The notes: generated from the sequence alone by a model not told the origin. Shown: positions 27,368 to 43,372, counted from the stretch's first letter. The stretch is DNA of 64,000 nucleotides from the human T2T-CHM13v2.0 reference genome, Homo sapiens (GCF_009914755.1 NC_060934.1); one strand, 5' to 3'. Numbers and translations are program-made.

Positions 27368-28352
27368 TGCTGGGGAAATATAATTAAAAGCAAATATTCT
27401 GACCCAGAAAACCTCTGCACAAAGGTAGTTTAGAAAGAAAACAGTTTTTGTTTTTGAATAGGCATGAAACCAGAATGTGATCCACATTGCAGGCAATCTG
27501 CTAAGATATTGCAAAGATGAAAAGAAATCTCACTCTTTTATGTAGCCAAGCAGATACAACCCATTACATACATATTTTCAAGATAAACAATAACTAGTCT
27601 TCAAGTAAGAGGACTTGACAGCACCATTTGCCACACATAGTTCATCCTAAATTTATCTGGTAATTGGAGTGAACATCTGTGTTAGATAACTGGCTTTATA
27701 CAAAAGACAATGCACTTTCCATAACTTTATGACAGAAAGTAGTTTTGCAACTTGGAGCTAGGTGCCTAGAGAAATTAGGTGCCTACCCTCTCATAGAAAC
27801 TTGAAGATGGGATGCTGTATCACTTGATATTTACATTTTTAGGGGTTGGCTCCTAGATCCTTGAGAAAGACATTTCTGGGTTGCAAAACTGGCAAAAGAG
27901 ATTTATAAAAAGATTTACATACATTTATATATTACAAGTTTATAAAGGAATTTATGCTCAAAGAAAAGGAAGGGGGATGTCTCTTACTTTTTTTTTTTTT
28001 TTTTTTTTTTTTGAGACGGAGTCTTGAACTGCCATTGGGGCTGGAGTGCAATGGTGCGATCTCGGCTTACTGAAACCTCCACCTCCCGGGTTTAAGTGAT
28101 TCTCATGCCTCAGCCTCCCAAGTAACTGGGATTACAGGTGCCTGCCACCATGCCCGGCTAATTTTTGTATTTTTAGTAGAGACGGGGTTTCACTATGTTG
28201 GCCAGGCTGGTTTCAAACTCCTGACTTCGTGATCCGCCTGCCTCAGCCTCCCAAAGTGCTGGGATTACAGGTGTGAGCCACCATGCCCTGCCGTCTCCTA
28301 CCTTGTAAGAGGAAAAATTAAGCCTCTTATTTTAAATTTTTTTTGTTCATAT
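27368..28352 (-). mobile_element. ERV1-class solo LTR (MER67-like) interrupted by Alu
   Basis: Minus strand begins ..aaaataagaggcttaatttttcc as recalled for MER67; opposite end tgctggggaaatataattaaaa. Confidence 0.55.
27988..28292 (-). mobile_element. AluS (Sg-like)
   Basis: Poly-T plus antisense dimer; TSD gtctc(t/c)tac. Confidence 0.95.
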
Positions 28353-28814
28353 ATACCACTGATGACCCTGCAGCATTTAACCTTCTGAAGTTTAAGTCTC
28401 CTCAGCATCAACTTTAGGATGAAGAAGAGACAGGGAGAAAAATCATGAATTTCATTCTTGAGGTATTGCTGAATTTGACTAAGGTTACTTGGAAACTAGG
28501 CAAATGAGACCGGAGACAGACATTAGATTCAACCTCAAGTTGTGCCTGGTGACTTGACTTTGCCTCCATCTTATACGGAGTTACATAGGTATGCTTCATT
28601 CCTTAAGCCTAGAATCAGGTGGGCAGGGCTGGGGTGGCCAGCAGGAGAAAGTTCATCTGCTCCTGGGCAATACCTGCACTTTCTCTGTATATTACAATAT
28701 GCAAAAGGTTGGAAAACACCAGCTTATTTCCTTTGTCTCTAGGATGTGCAATGTCACTTGGCAAGTTTAGAAATTATGGTATTCAGAGGTTACTACAGTG
28801 TTGGAATAGTAGGT

Positions 28815-29416
28815 TGTGATCTGAGAGACCAAAATAGATGCCTACTTAACAACTAAGACAAGTCCAAATGTTAAAGAAACAAAGTTATGGGTGAAAGTTT
28901 CAGGGCCTGGCTGGTGTAGCAAATTCCTAAATTCCTGTGGCTAAGCTCCCTAACAACAGGAGATATCAGGTCCAACTCTGATTGGACAGATGACTGGCCT
29001 TCTATTCTTTTCTGATAAGCGATTGCACACCTTAGGCCAGTTTCAGCCAGCCTAAAGAGGCTGCACACAAATTGTCTTTGTGTCCTATAGTTCACCTTTT
29101 GACATAAACAGTCAAATTCCCCCTCATTTTAATGCTATAACCCTGCCCTAAAGTGAACATAGAATATATGTTACATACTTGTATACCCAATTTTCATGCA
29201 CTCAGCTCCTCTTGTAAATCTGTATAGCTTTTCCCTAAACCTGCTGGGTATGTATGATGCAAGCCCTGTGAGGCATAAAACACAACCTGTCCTTCCATTC
29301 TTTGGAGAACACCTTCAATTTATGCTGGAGACTTTCTCTTTCTGGCTTGTAAAATGATATCACCAACAAAGCTCTCCTTTCTACTATTTAGCCATCCTGT
29401 CGTCTTTAGGATGACA
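28815..29416 (+). mobile_element. MER39-family ERV1 solo LTR
   Basis: TG..CA termini, tgtgatctgagagaccaaaataga start, 4-bp TSD AGGT. Confidence 0.85.
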
Positions 29417-29984
29417 AGGTGCTCACTTACTATTGCAGTGTGAATGAATACAAAGATGAACAACCATTGTACATGTATGGAAGATTTGATGGAGAGAGTA
29501 CATCTTTGCGGGGAACAGGTAGGTGTGTACACAGTGTGTTGCAGGCTGGAATTGCCCAAAAGTTTGAAGGCATTAGTTTATATTCTACTCAGGGTGATCA
29601 TTTAGAGAATCAGTTTGCAGAGAGATAAACTAATCAGTATTTTTCAAATGTCATAAGGTCCCTTGTTTATCCCTCACAATAGAAACATAAAGTGGTGGCT
29701 GGAGATTTGAGAGTCTTATGACCACTTTGTGTATCTGGATCTGATATTTTATTTACTGTTAGCATCTTGATCCCCAAAGCTCTCCTTTTTTATTCATCAT
29801 GGTCAATTGGCTGTGACAGAGTATAGAAATTTTATAGAGCTATCGTTGGTGCAAGGTACATAGTCTGAAATGATCAAGGCTAGATTTTGATTTTAGAATA
29901 TATGATTAAAAATGTCTTTCAAAGTTAGAAATGATGAAAGCTATTATTATTGGCATTTTAAGTGTTTCCTAGTGCCCATTTATT

Positions 29985-30140
29985 CCCACATTCAACAATT
30001 TTACTGAATACCTCTCATATGGCAAAGACTGTTACAGACACTAGGAATAACATGATGAGCCAGACATGTTACTTGCCTTCAATGAGCTCATAGCTTTGTA
30101 GGTGAAAAAGACCTGTAAATAGATACATTATCATGCAACA
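29985..30140 (-). mobile_element. L2 3' end
   Basis: cattcaacaattttactgaatacct..ttgccttcaatgagctcatag. Confidence 0.7.
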
Positions 30141-30992
30141 GGCAGATAAATATAGGAATATCAAGTAGGAAGGCAGTAGTTAACTTTGCTAAATGTTTGA
30201 GAAAAATGAAGAAGATCTGGAGTGCTTCCCATTCCCTGAATGCTTAGGCTATTACATTCTACTTTGTCTGGTGAGTCATAGGTCCCAGTAGAAAAGAAGG
30301 CAGAAGAGCTTTGAAATTTGAAGAATTCAGGCTGTTCCTTTTTGACTTCCCTCATTAGCCATATAGTTTTAACAATTCATTCAATTAGTACTTTTGAGCA
30401 AAGGCATGTCAGTTATTTGCATAAACAGACAATCCCTCTAGCAATATATAAAATGCCACTGTCAGATTTTTATTATCTCTGTGTTGTCTTGAGCAGTATT
30501 GTAATTAAATCTAATTAAATAGATTTATGGTTTGGAACACTAATGGTCATGAATAAATACAGGTCCCCTGAAGCTATTTGCTCAATTTGTGTTTTATGTC
30601 TTTTAACTTGCTTCAAATATACATATTCAACTTACGCCTCTATTTATTTATTTATTTGTTTGTTTGTTTAAGGGAGGGAAGTCGAACTTGGAACTATATG
30701 CTCCTTCGGTAGAAGATTCGATTTTCTTAGAATTGCCCTTTGGTGCCCTTATCCTGCTACTTGTTTTGAATGGGGGACTTGTTGTTACGTAGCTTATTAC
30801 AAAAGAAAATAGCAATATATTTTCTAGGCGAAAAGAAACATTTTGCAAAATAAGAAAAAACAAATAGTTAATTTAGAGTTAGATTATACTTAAAAAGGCA
30901 GTGAAACAGATAAAAGAAATACAAATGGCCAATAAACAATTCAAAAAACCTTATTTAACTTCACTAGTAATCAAAGAAATGCAGATTCAAAC

Positions 30993-31953
<961 letters not shown>

Positions 31954-32072
31954 AAACAATAATCACATGGCATATTTGACTATTAAGAAGAAAAAATTTA
32001 TATATCCAAAGTTTGGCAATTATGAGGTGAAACAATAGACTGTTGGTAGCAGTTACATTATTAGGCTGGAAA

Positions 32073-32300
32073 CCATTATTATATAATAATAACATAATTA
32101 ACCATAATAATTAATAACGTAATTATTATGTAATAATCAAGATAATTATTATATAATAATCAATATTATAATAATTATTAATAATAAACAATTATCTGGA
32201 AAACAATTGGTGATTAAATATTAATTATTATACATTATTAATTATTGTTAATACTAATTTATTATTTCCTGGAAAACAATTATTGGTAATAATTATAAAG
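32073..32300. repeat. AT-rich (TAA/ATT)n low-complexity tract
   Basis: Almost pure A/T with recurring ggaaaacaatt. Confidence 0.85.
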
Positions 32301-32410
32301 AGACATGGGCATTCATATTCTTTAACTTAATAATTCCCTTTTAGGCACCTAGTTTAAGTTGTATGTCAAAATTAAGGAAAAAATCTAATATATAAAAATG
32401 ATCATCATAG

Positions 32411-33470
32411 TATTTATTTATGTATTTAATAAAGACTTTACTTTTTAAAGCAGTTTTAGCTTGACAGCACAATTGAGAGGAAAGTACACAGTGTTCCCAT
32501 ATACCCCTGTCCCCACACATGCATCGCCTCCCCCATTATCAACATCCTCAGCAGAAAGGTGTATGTGTTACAATTGGTGAGCCTGCATTGATGCATCATA
32601 ATCACCTAAGGTCTGTAGTTTACACTGGGGTTTACTACTGTACTACTAGTGTACTACTGTTTTACTAGTGTACTATACTGTTGTACATCCTATGGGTTTG
32701 GAAACACGTATATGAACATGATAGTATTACGTAGAGTATTTTACTGCCCTAAAAATCCTCTGTGCTCTGCCTATTCAATCCTCCAATGCCCCACTCTCCT
32801 ACTGCAACCCCTGGCAACACTGATATTTTTATTGTCTTGGTAGTTTTGGCTTTTCCAGAATGTTATATAGTTGAACTCATATAGCATGTAGCCTTTTCTA
32901 ATTGGCTTCTTTCATTTAGTGACATGCATTTAAGTTCCCTTCATATCTTTTCATGACTTGATAACTCTCCTTTTCTGCACTGAATAATATTCCATTGACA
33001 ATATGTAACACAGTTTACTTATCTACTGAAGGACATTATAGTTACTTCCAAGTTTTGAAAATTATGAATCAAGCTGCTGTAGACATTCATGTGTAGGTTT
33101 TTGTGTGGATATTAGTTTTCAACTCCTTTGGATAGTTATCAAGGAGTGAGATTGTTGGAAATTATGGGAAGAGTATGCCAAACTGTCCTCCAAAGTGGCT
33201 GTACTGTTTGTATTTCCCCCAGCAATGAATGGTAGTTTCTGTTGCTCCACATCCTCTTCAGCATTTAGTATTGTCAGTGTTCTGAATTTTGGCCATTCTA
33301 ATAGGTGTGTAGTGGTATCTCATTACTGTTTTAATTTACACTTCCTGAAAGACATATGGTGTGGAGCTTCTTTTCAGATGCTTATTTGCCATCTTTATAT
33401 TGTCTATGGAGAGCTATCTTTAAAGTCTTTGGCCTATTTTTTAAATCTGGTTGTTTTTCACAGTGTTATT
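32411..33470 (-). mobile_element. L1MC1/2-like 3' end
   Basis: agcagttttag..cagcacaattgagaggaaagtaca..ttcccatatacccc and ORF2 C-terminal antisense. Confidence 0.85.
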
Positions 33471-33537
33471 TTTAATACCATTTAACTGTACAGCAATAGG
33501 ATAAGCTTTTATATATTTTTTTCCTAGAGGAAGTATG

Positions 33538-35068
33538 TTATTTTATTTTTTAAATTTTTGTTTAAATAGGTGTTTGGAGAACAGATGGCATTCAGTTACA
33601 TGGATAAGTTCTTTAGTGCTGATTTCTGAGATTTTGGTGTACCCACCACCCTAGCAGTATACACTATACCCGAAGTGTAGTCTTTTATTCCTCACCCCTC
33701 CACCCTTTCCCCCAAGTCTCCAAAGTCCATTGTGTAACTCTTAAGTCTTTGCCCTCATAGTTTAGCTCCCACTTATGAATGAAAACATATGATATTTGGT
33801 TTTCCATTTCTGCATCACTTCACTTAGAATAATGGTCTCCAATTTTATCTAGGTTGCTGTGAATGCCATTATTTTGTTCCTGTTTATGACTGAGCAGTAT
33901 TCTGTGGCATATGCATATATATATATAAAACATGTATTTTATATATATATAATTTTTTTCGTTATTCACTCGTTGATTGATGGACATTTGGGCTGGTTCC
34001 ATATTTTTGCAATTGCAAATTGTGCTGTTATAAACATGTGTGTGCAAGTATCTTTTTCATATGACTTCTTTTCCTCTGGGTAGATACCTACTAGTGGGAT
34101 TACTGGATCAAGTGGTAGATCTACTTTGAGTTCTTTAAGGAATCTCCACACTGTTTTCCATAGTGGTTGCACTAGTTTACATTCCCACCATCAGTGTAAA
34201 AGTGTTTCGTTTTTACCACATCCATGCAAGCATCTATTATTTTTCAATTATGGCCATTCTTGCAGGAGTAAGGTGGTATTGCATTGTGGTTTTGATCTTC
34301 ATTTCCCTGATAATTAGTGATGTTGAGCATTTTATTATATGCTTGTTGGCAATTTGTATATCTTCTTTTGAGAATTGTCTATTCATGTCCTTAGCCCACT
34401 TTTTGATTGGATTGCTTTTTTCTTGCTGATGTGTTTGAGTGTCTCATAGATTCTGAATGTTACTTTTCTGTTGCATGCATAGTTTGCAAAGATTTTCTCC
34501 TACTCTGTGGGTTGTCTGTTTGCTCTGCTGATTATTTCTTTTGCTATGCAGAAGCTTTTTAGTTTAATGAAGTCCCATCTATTTATCTCTGTTTTTATTG
34601 CATTTGCTTTTGGGTTCTTGATTGTGAAGTCTTTGCCTAAGCCAATGCCTGCAAGGGTTTTTCTGATGTTATCTTCTAGAGTTGTTATGGTTTCAGGTGT
34701 TATACTTAAGTCTTTTATTCATCTTGAGTTGATTTTTGTATAGGGTGAGAGATGAGGATCCAGTTTCATTCTTCTACATGTGGCTTGACAATTATCCCAG
34801 CACCATTTGTTGAATAGGGTGGCTTTTTCCCACTTTATGTTTCTGTTTGCTTTGTCGAAGATCAGTTGGCTGTAAGTATTTGGCTTTATTTCTGGGTTCT
34901 CTATTCTGTTCCATTGGTCTATTTTTATACCAATACCATGCTGTTTTGGTGACTACAACCTTATAGCATAGTTTGAAGTTAGATAATGTGATGCCTCCAT
35001 ATTTGTTCTTTTTGCTTAGTCTTGCTTTGGATATGAGGACTCTTTTTTGGTTCCATATGATTTTTAGG
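33538..35068 (-). mobile_element. L1PB (L1PB1-like) 5'-truncated, about 1.5 kb
   Basis: ttacatggataagttctttagtg..gatttctgagattttggtg L1PB 3' end; ORF2 motifs [15 protein letters not shown] and AKIWNQPKCPS; TSD tagga(t/c)aagctttta. Confidence 0.92.
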
Positions 35069-35222
35069 ACAAGCTTTTAAATTAGTGATGGTACATAAAT
35101 AATTTTAGAATGTTATGATACCATAAAGTTATCTATTAATTTCATCAGTATCTTTTAAATGCTCATGTGCCAGACAGTGTGAAAGGTCTTGGAAGTAAAG
35201 TTTTCGAAGACTGATGAAAGAG

Positions 35223-35450
35223 ACATAGTGGCTTGGAGCACAGATTATGGAGCTTGCCTGGGTTCCGGTCTGGTTCTGCCACTTCCTGGCACATGATTTA
35301 CTTTTTGTGCCATGGTTTCTTTATCTAGTATAATGGTATTACAAAGGAACCTACTTCATGTTTGTGAAGCTTAAATGAATTTGTATATTTAAAGTACTTA
35401 CAGCCATTCCTGACATTTAGCAACTGCTATGTAATTGTTATTGTTATTCA
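35223..35450 (+). mobile_element. MIR
   Basis: tagtgg..gagcacaga..ctgggtt..ctgccactt..acctacttcat..aaagtactta..tgttatt. Confidence 0.75.
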
Positions 35451-36856
35451 TTTTTATTATTGCTATTATTATGGCAAGTGAGAAAATACTTGACAATAGG
35501 AGTTGGATTTTTGTGAACCACCTCACTCAAAGCCAAAGCATCTATAATATTTGAATGGAGAGACATCGAAAAGAATAGAAGAAAACCTTTTCTGAAGGAG
35601 TATTGATAATACAGATTGTGTCAATATGAATTTTAATCCACAAAATTTAGGAATACAGGAAACATAATTTTTCTTTATTTTAAAAATAATCGAACTTAAT
35701 CATACCTGGAGTTCTGATTCCACTGAGGGCAGACATAACCTTTGCCAATTGAGTGATTGCTTGCTTATTTTATAGTTTATCTTAGAACTATTGTCATAGA
35801 TAATTCAGATGTTCTTGAAGTCATCCAGAGTTTTTCTCCTTTTTCTTTTTTAATCTCTATGGCTGCCCCATGTTTTAGGGGGAAGTTATGAAGTATCAGT
35901 TCATCATGGGATGCTGTATCATTCTGGCTTTTCATTCTTGTTGGTGTTAGCTGCTGAATCCTGTTTCTTACTAGCTTTAGTTAATGAGTATTTTTTTTCC
36001 CAGAAGATGTTCTAGGATAACACATTTTCTTCTGTCTCTGGTGGTCATTTTACTTTCTCTATTTCCTTCCTTGCTCCAGCACTCTTTCAGGTCTTCTCTC
36101 TCTTTCTCTAACTCTCTTATTCTTTCTCTCATTCTTTCTTTCTCTCCGGCTTTCTGGTGTCATCTTACAATCAAGAAAAAATTTTGAATACTTCACCATA
36201 TTACCTGGGTCATCAGGGGGTTCTTGGGAGCTGTCTCAGGTCCTCTTAGCATGGATATGCCATGCATGTCCTATACAAATGTGGTCACACCATGTTAGAA
36301 TTTGGTGAGGAATTTCTATAAGGCCTTTAGCCTGGTGGGGTTTCACTCAGGAATTTTGTAAGGTCTCCTCTGCTATAACAATTCCAAATACATCCAGGCT
36401 TCTGTGGCCCTGCTCCTTGGGACTCAGGACATGTTTGCAGGGAAGGAAAAAATAAGTGCTTTTTAAAAGTACTAAAACTTTATCTCTCAGACTTTAATAA
36501 TTCCCACTTCTGATAATGATCCCCATGTCTGAAAATAACCAGTGCCCTGCTTGCTGAAGTTCTGTCTAATGAAATGCACTAATTTTTCTGTCTTGTGGAT
36601 GTAGTTTCTTTTCCCAGGAAGTTATTTGCTATCTACTGAGCTAAATGGTCAGTTTAAATGACTTCCTTGGAGGTACTTTAGATAATATTTTTCATGGCGC
36701 CTTGGGGAAAGGAGCTGTTTCTTATAATTCAGTTCTGAAAGCAACCAGATCCCCTGGATTTTGACATTTTAAATATTGTGAAGAGCAGTATTAAAAAAAA
36801 AAAACTCATGTTGTATATGAGGTTTATATTGACTATAGTTTTTCTATATATATACT

Positions 36857-36879
36857 GTTACTATGGTAACTATGGTAAC
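36857..36879. promoter_or_regulatory. Overlapping RFX X-box motifs (predicted)
   Basis: GTTACTATGGTAAC (one mismatch from the palindrome GTTACCATGGTAAC) overlapped by GTAACTATGGTAAC. Confidence 0.45.
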
Positions 36880-37239
36880 CTATGGTAGCTAAACAGTTGA
36901 ATAGGTAGAAACATGGGAAAGGTGTCATAATCAGTGCCAGTAAAACTGTCAGAAAAAAATTTGTTTCTTTACTTGAGTTAACTAAGATTTATGACTTTTT
37001 AAATTTTAGTTTTCTGTTGAAGATTATCTTCATTTCGCTTGTAGTTGTATTTCATTGGTATCTTGGTAGTGTTTGCAGCCCATATTGTTGAATTGAATAT
37101 TTATTTGGGTTCTAGTTTTATAGGACCAGCCAAAGAAAATGTGCAAAAATGTGTTCAAAGCACATTCTTTGGAAGAAATAAATACATTATCTGAGAGAAA
37201 TATGTTTTATTAATTTATAGTAAGATTCAAAGTTAGCAA

Positions 37240-37375
<136 letters not shown>

Positions 37376-38504
37376 TAACAATTTTTTCCTAGGAAAACTT
37401 TGTGTTGTTTTGCTTTAATCTTGTTCAATTAAAAAAAAACTATATATTGAATTACTTTCATATAATGAGGATGTTTAAATAAAAGTGTTGTCCTTCTGAT
37501 AAGTCATACTTTACTTAGATTAGTTACAATTGAATAAACATAAAAATAATCTATATAGAACATATGCCACTGTTGGCTTCTAGAATTTATAAATATACTT
37601 GAAGTTTAAATTATGGCTATGTATTGAAGGTACTTCATGATTATGTCACTTTTAAATTATTTTTAATATTACAATGTTGCCCATAAGCTTGAAATCATAG
37701 GCAAATATACATACATAATGCCATCGATGCCATCTTCAAGCTATAAAAGTAAAATTAATATGATCTTTCTCTTTAGATTTTATGGACATCCTGGATAATT
37801 GCTGAGGAGCTTACTGGGGTTCTGCTTTCTCTGTTTAGTATCTTAAATAGACTTATGATGATAGAAAAATCCTCACTGTTACTAACATGTTTTTATGTAG
37901 TTATGCTTGTCCTTTTTTTTTTTTTTTTTGATACAGAACCATAGACCACTGTTGACATACATATAGGCATGTCTCCACTTACAGCAGATATTGTAAATGG
38001 ATGGACCACACAATGTGTTAAACTGGGAAGATGTATTAAAGAAACCCAAATTTCTGACTTCTCCAAAAGACTTCTATAATCTGGTAACCTAGGCTCACAT
38101 TCCTTCATTGGAGCATTGATCTAGAGCCATGAAAGAACTGCTACTTTTAGGAGAATTTCTGTAGTCTTTGCCATTTCCTGTCACTTCTCTCAACCTTACT
38201 CTCACAGAGGACCTCTGAAGGCCTGTAGGTTGGAATCTTGAATTTAATGAAAGCATCAACACATATTTCACACTATCGGTTCTTTCATAGCTCAGAAATT
38301 CTCAATATGGAAATACCTTCTGACAAGAGGACCAATAAGATAGGAACTGAATAAACTTGGCCTCTCAAAAGTCCATTCAGGATGGACTAAGCATGCAGTG
38401 AAAACTGAAGCATCCTGTGAAGTGTTCAGATGGTTCCAAATAGTCACATAATAAAGATGAACCCATACTAAGCAACCATAAATGCTACATAAACTCAATT
38501 TTTC

Positions 38505-38630
38505 ACAACAGGCAGGAGGTAGTTATTATGTCCATTTTATAAATAAGGCTCAGAGAAGTTAAGGCCAAAGTTATGAATCAAGTAAGTGGCAGAGCTTGTT
38601 CTCAAGCCTAGTTTAGTTTGGTTGCAAAGA
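38505..38630 (-). mobile_element. MIR fragment
   Basis: ccattttata..aggctcagagaagttaag..agtaagtggcagagct. Confidence 0.7.
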
Positions 38631-38741
38631 TTGAGTGCCTGTGTTATATTTATGTAGGCAAATATTGACATTATTGAAATATCTATTTCTGTTCTTAACT
38701 AGGAGGTCAAATACTCTGTATAAAAGAGTTTGAATGCAAGT

Positions 38742-38770
38742 TGTGTGTGTGTGTGTGTGTGTGTGTGTGT
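38742..38770. repeat. (TG)n microsatellite
   Basis: About 14 TG units. Confidence 0.95.
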
Positions 38771-40090
38771 CTAAATCAGTATGTACATTTTTCTGAAAAA
38801 AGCTATAGTTTTCCTTGGATTCTCAAAAGGGAGCAGTGACCCAGAAAAAGCCTAAGAAATATGAATAATTGCATAATGTAGACACTTCTTAGAATTAGAA
38901 AAATTTACTAAATTGGCACTAGGAACAAAATATCTGCTTCTGATGTAATCTATTTGCCCAGCATAGATGAATCCTTCAGAGTCCCTTTTTCCCCACCAGT
39001 GAATATAAGATTTGATCATTCTCAGTCTTCAACTACCTCATTTTTAAAAAATGAATAAAACCCCACAACTTTCTTTTTGATTAATGACATTGAGAACATT
39101 TCCACTGTGTAAGGAAAGGTCCATTTATAAGTGATAAAACATCAGGGTAAGAATTCTATAAATTCGCTTTCATTAAAATGCCATTATTCCTCTTCCTTTT
39201 CCTTTTTTTCTTCTCCTATCTTTTTTTTTTCTTCTTGAGCATTTCAGTCCAAAAGCAATTAGGAGAGGCACAGCAGGGTGGATCTCCACACCTGGGAGGA
39301 TTATAGGGGCCCTGAACAGGGTAAGGAGAGTGTCCATGTCGGTAGGTGGTGGCCCAGTGTAGGATGCTGAAAAATGTGCAGAGGGAAGAGAGATATCTGT
39401 GTAGGTAGGAAGGCAGCCCAGTGGTGAGGATGTCAGAACTCATGTAAGGTGTCAGGGTGCTACAGGTTGAGTGAGGTGAGCAGGGTGTCCTGGTGAAGGG
39501 CTGCTGCCTGGCCCAGGATGTACAGTCCAGGCTGGGGGAAGAGGACTTCCTTGCAGATGGTTGCCTAGCCCAAGGTGTCAGTACCTTAGTTGGGTGAAAA
39601 AGGAACCCCTTTGGGGGTCAAAGTCTTAGAACAATGAGGTCACCCACAGGAAGGAAAGCTGCCATGCACTATTGAAACAAGAGAAAGGTGCAAAGAATGT
39701 CCCTAGAGTAGGGAAGCCTGGAGTGGGGTATCAGAGTCTCAGTAGGTTGAGGAGGGCATTTGTGTAAATGGGCAGCCCAGTGTGAAGTGTTGGAGCCCTG
39801 AGCCAAGTAATACCTTGAGTGGGGTGATGAGGGCATTCACACAAGGAAGAGTTCGTGGCAACTATGGGAGCTGAGTTACATAAAGGGTGGGTGAAACCAG
39901 TAAATATATAAGGATAATCAGAGCAAATTTCTCAGTGTTGGAAAACAGAGTTACAAATATGGAAAGGGAGAAAACTAGAATACATTCTGGTGTTGAATTA
40001 GAATTACAGTATCAATGTGAACTTGTGTTTTCAATGTACGTACATAGAAATCGAAAGACGTTTACATGTAAGTGTTTTTATGTGAGTATA

Positions 40091-40092
<2 letters not shown>

Positions 40093-40129
<37 letters not shown>
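40093..40129. repeat. (TG)n microsatellite
   Basis: About 18 TG units. Confidence 0.95.
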
Positions 40130-40131
<2 letters not shown>

Positions 40132-40681
40132 TCTAGCTATATTCCCCATTTCTGTCCAATGAGAGAGTCTAGTAGCAACAACACAAGAGCAATGAACAAG
40201 CCTAGCTCCTCAGATCTTGTCCTCTAAAGACTATGACAGAAAGAATCAAGACTCTTTGAAGAACAGCTAATTCCAGACTAGGGCAAGAAAAATACAAGCC
40301 TAGCTTGGAACATCCTATTGTCAAAGAAAATAAAGAAATGCTCAAAATGTGCTGGGAAATCATAGCCATGTTTAAGGGGTTCCCCTTGGTTAATCCAGAA
40401 CAATTTGTGAATTAATTAAAGATAATAATGAATCATATATCTTAAATAAAATTGGGATCCATGAGTTCATATGGTCACAAATAAAGTAAAATAATTCATT
40501 TTGATGAGGCATATAATATTAACACAATCTCAAAATCCTTCCCCACCAAACACTTACTAATTACAAAGGAATAACTTTATAGTGGGAAAACCTGAGATGC
40601 TGCTTTCATCCAGTTTACATCCTCAGTAATGTGACAAGTCAAAACCACATAGGGCCTGATATGATGCACAGGGGAGAACAC

Positions 40682-40833
40682 ATGAGAGATGCAGTGTTGG
40701 CCACAGGCCCAGTCCACAGCTCACAGTCAGGTGGAAGAGACCCACGATCATAATATGGTAACTTGGTAATGTCTGTAAATATAAATAACTGCTAACCCGG
40801 GGTGAGTCAGAAAAATCTCAAAAAATAGGGGAC
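40682..40833 (-). repeat. Inverted copy of 42811-42959
   Basis: Reverse complement aligns with 11 mismatches and one 3-bp indel (manual alignment). Confidence 0.95.
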
Positions 40834-41199
40834 TTCTGTGACACTCCTGGCAAAGATGAATAACCTGTGTCTAACCATGAAGAAAAGGCTGACGAACCCT
40901 AATTGAGGACATTTTACCAAATAACTGTCCTTTAGTTTCACAATTTCAAGATCATGAGTGTCAATGAATATCAAGGAAATACAAGAGGAAGAAATTTCTC
41001 TTTTCTTATGTCCCAGTAGCAGCTCAGGAAGCAATGACCAAAAAAAAAAAAAAAAAAAATTCATTCATCTTATCTAAAAAAAAGTGATATGGGAACATAA
41101 TGACTTAAACCCTTTCACACAGCATTTCATTGCTGAAATTTTCAAAGCATATATCTCCTTTAAAAGTACATAACTTTTCATAGGACATTTCCAAGGGAC

Positions 41200-42240
<1,041 letters not shown>

Positions 42241-42789
42241 GTTTTTTAAAGCTCTATTAACTCATATGTATCAGATATTGAATGTCATGACTTGGTAGGT
42301 TTTAAATAATTTTTGTCATGTTATTGGTGTACATTTTCCCTTAGAGTCAACAGAACCCAATGTTATATTAGTTTTCCTTTCACATTCTCTTGCTCAACTT
42401 AGAAAGCCTGTAACTTTCTTAAAGAAAAGCATTCAGCTTGTCTCAAGGCATTTCCATAAGTTGATTTAATCACGTCAAACCTGTCAGAAACACTTAAGGA
42501 GCTGCATTTGTTTATTGCAGCCACATGGTGTTCAAGAAAAGTGAAGTCAAAATAGAATGAAAGAAAGCAAATGCCCAAGATAGACAAACATGCCAATGTG
42601 CCAACATAAAACAGTTCCTGTGGTGACTTGGGAATGCAAGGAAATTAAACAAATTCCCAAGGGAGTGAAAAGTAAAGCAGAGATTCATGGTAGAGTGGCT
42701 CTATAGAAAATTAAAAAAAATCAGTTTCCATAATTATTGTCAACAATGAACTTCTATAAATTTTAGTTTTTTAAAAAACTATTCCTTTT

Positions 42790-43035
42790 ACTTCGAAGTT
42801 TAGCTTCAATGTCCCTTATTTTTTGAGATTTTTCTGAATCACCCCAGGTTTGCAGTTATTTATATTTATAGACATTACCAAGTTATATTATGATCATGGG
42901 TCTCTCCCACCAGACTGTGAGCTGTGGACAGGGACTGTGGCCAACACTGTATCTCTCATTCTGTTTATAGCTGCAGTGCTTGGCATGGTCCCTATGGTTC
43001 AGAGCAAGCATTTAGAAAATGTTTTTGAGTGAAAA
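42790..43035 (+). mobile_element. L2 3' end
   Basis: tctctcccaccagactgtgagct..gggactgt..cagtgcttggcat..aaatgtttttgagtgaa. Confidence 0.75.
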
Positions 43036-43152
43036 TGCTAAACTCATTACAAAATGTTAAAATGTTTTGACTGAAGAATCTGCAAATCACCTATTATCGA
43101 TTTAACTACCCATACACACACATGTATGTGTGCTTTGTTTGGTGAAACCCCC

Positions 43153-43298
<146 letters not shown>

Positions 43299-43372
43299 TG
43301 ATATTTTGTGAGCCAAATTTGTACTTCATTTCCAACTTGGAAATATTGATAGAAGTTTGCCAACTGGTATTC

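Larger units (their letters stand above)
39240..41000 (+). mobile_element. L1MC3-like 3' UTR with degenerate G-rich internal tandem repeats
   Basis: Recurrent gtgtcagagccc-gagcagggtgaggagggc-like units 39300-39850, then gcaatgaac..cctagc..cagatcttg and aattgaggacatttta L1MC motifs. Confidence 0.7.

Noticed and set aside
33820-34743. ORFs with L1 ORF2 similarity
   Set aside because: Fragments of a 5'-truncated, disrupted L1PB
39300-39860. G-rich degenerate tandem array as a novel satellite or promoter
   Set aside because: Matches the internal repeats recalled for the L1MC3-type 3' UTR; CpG-poor, not an island
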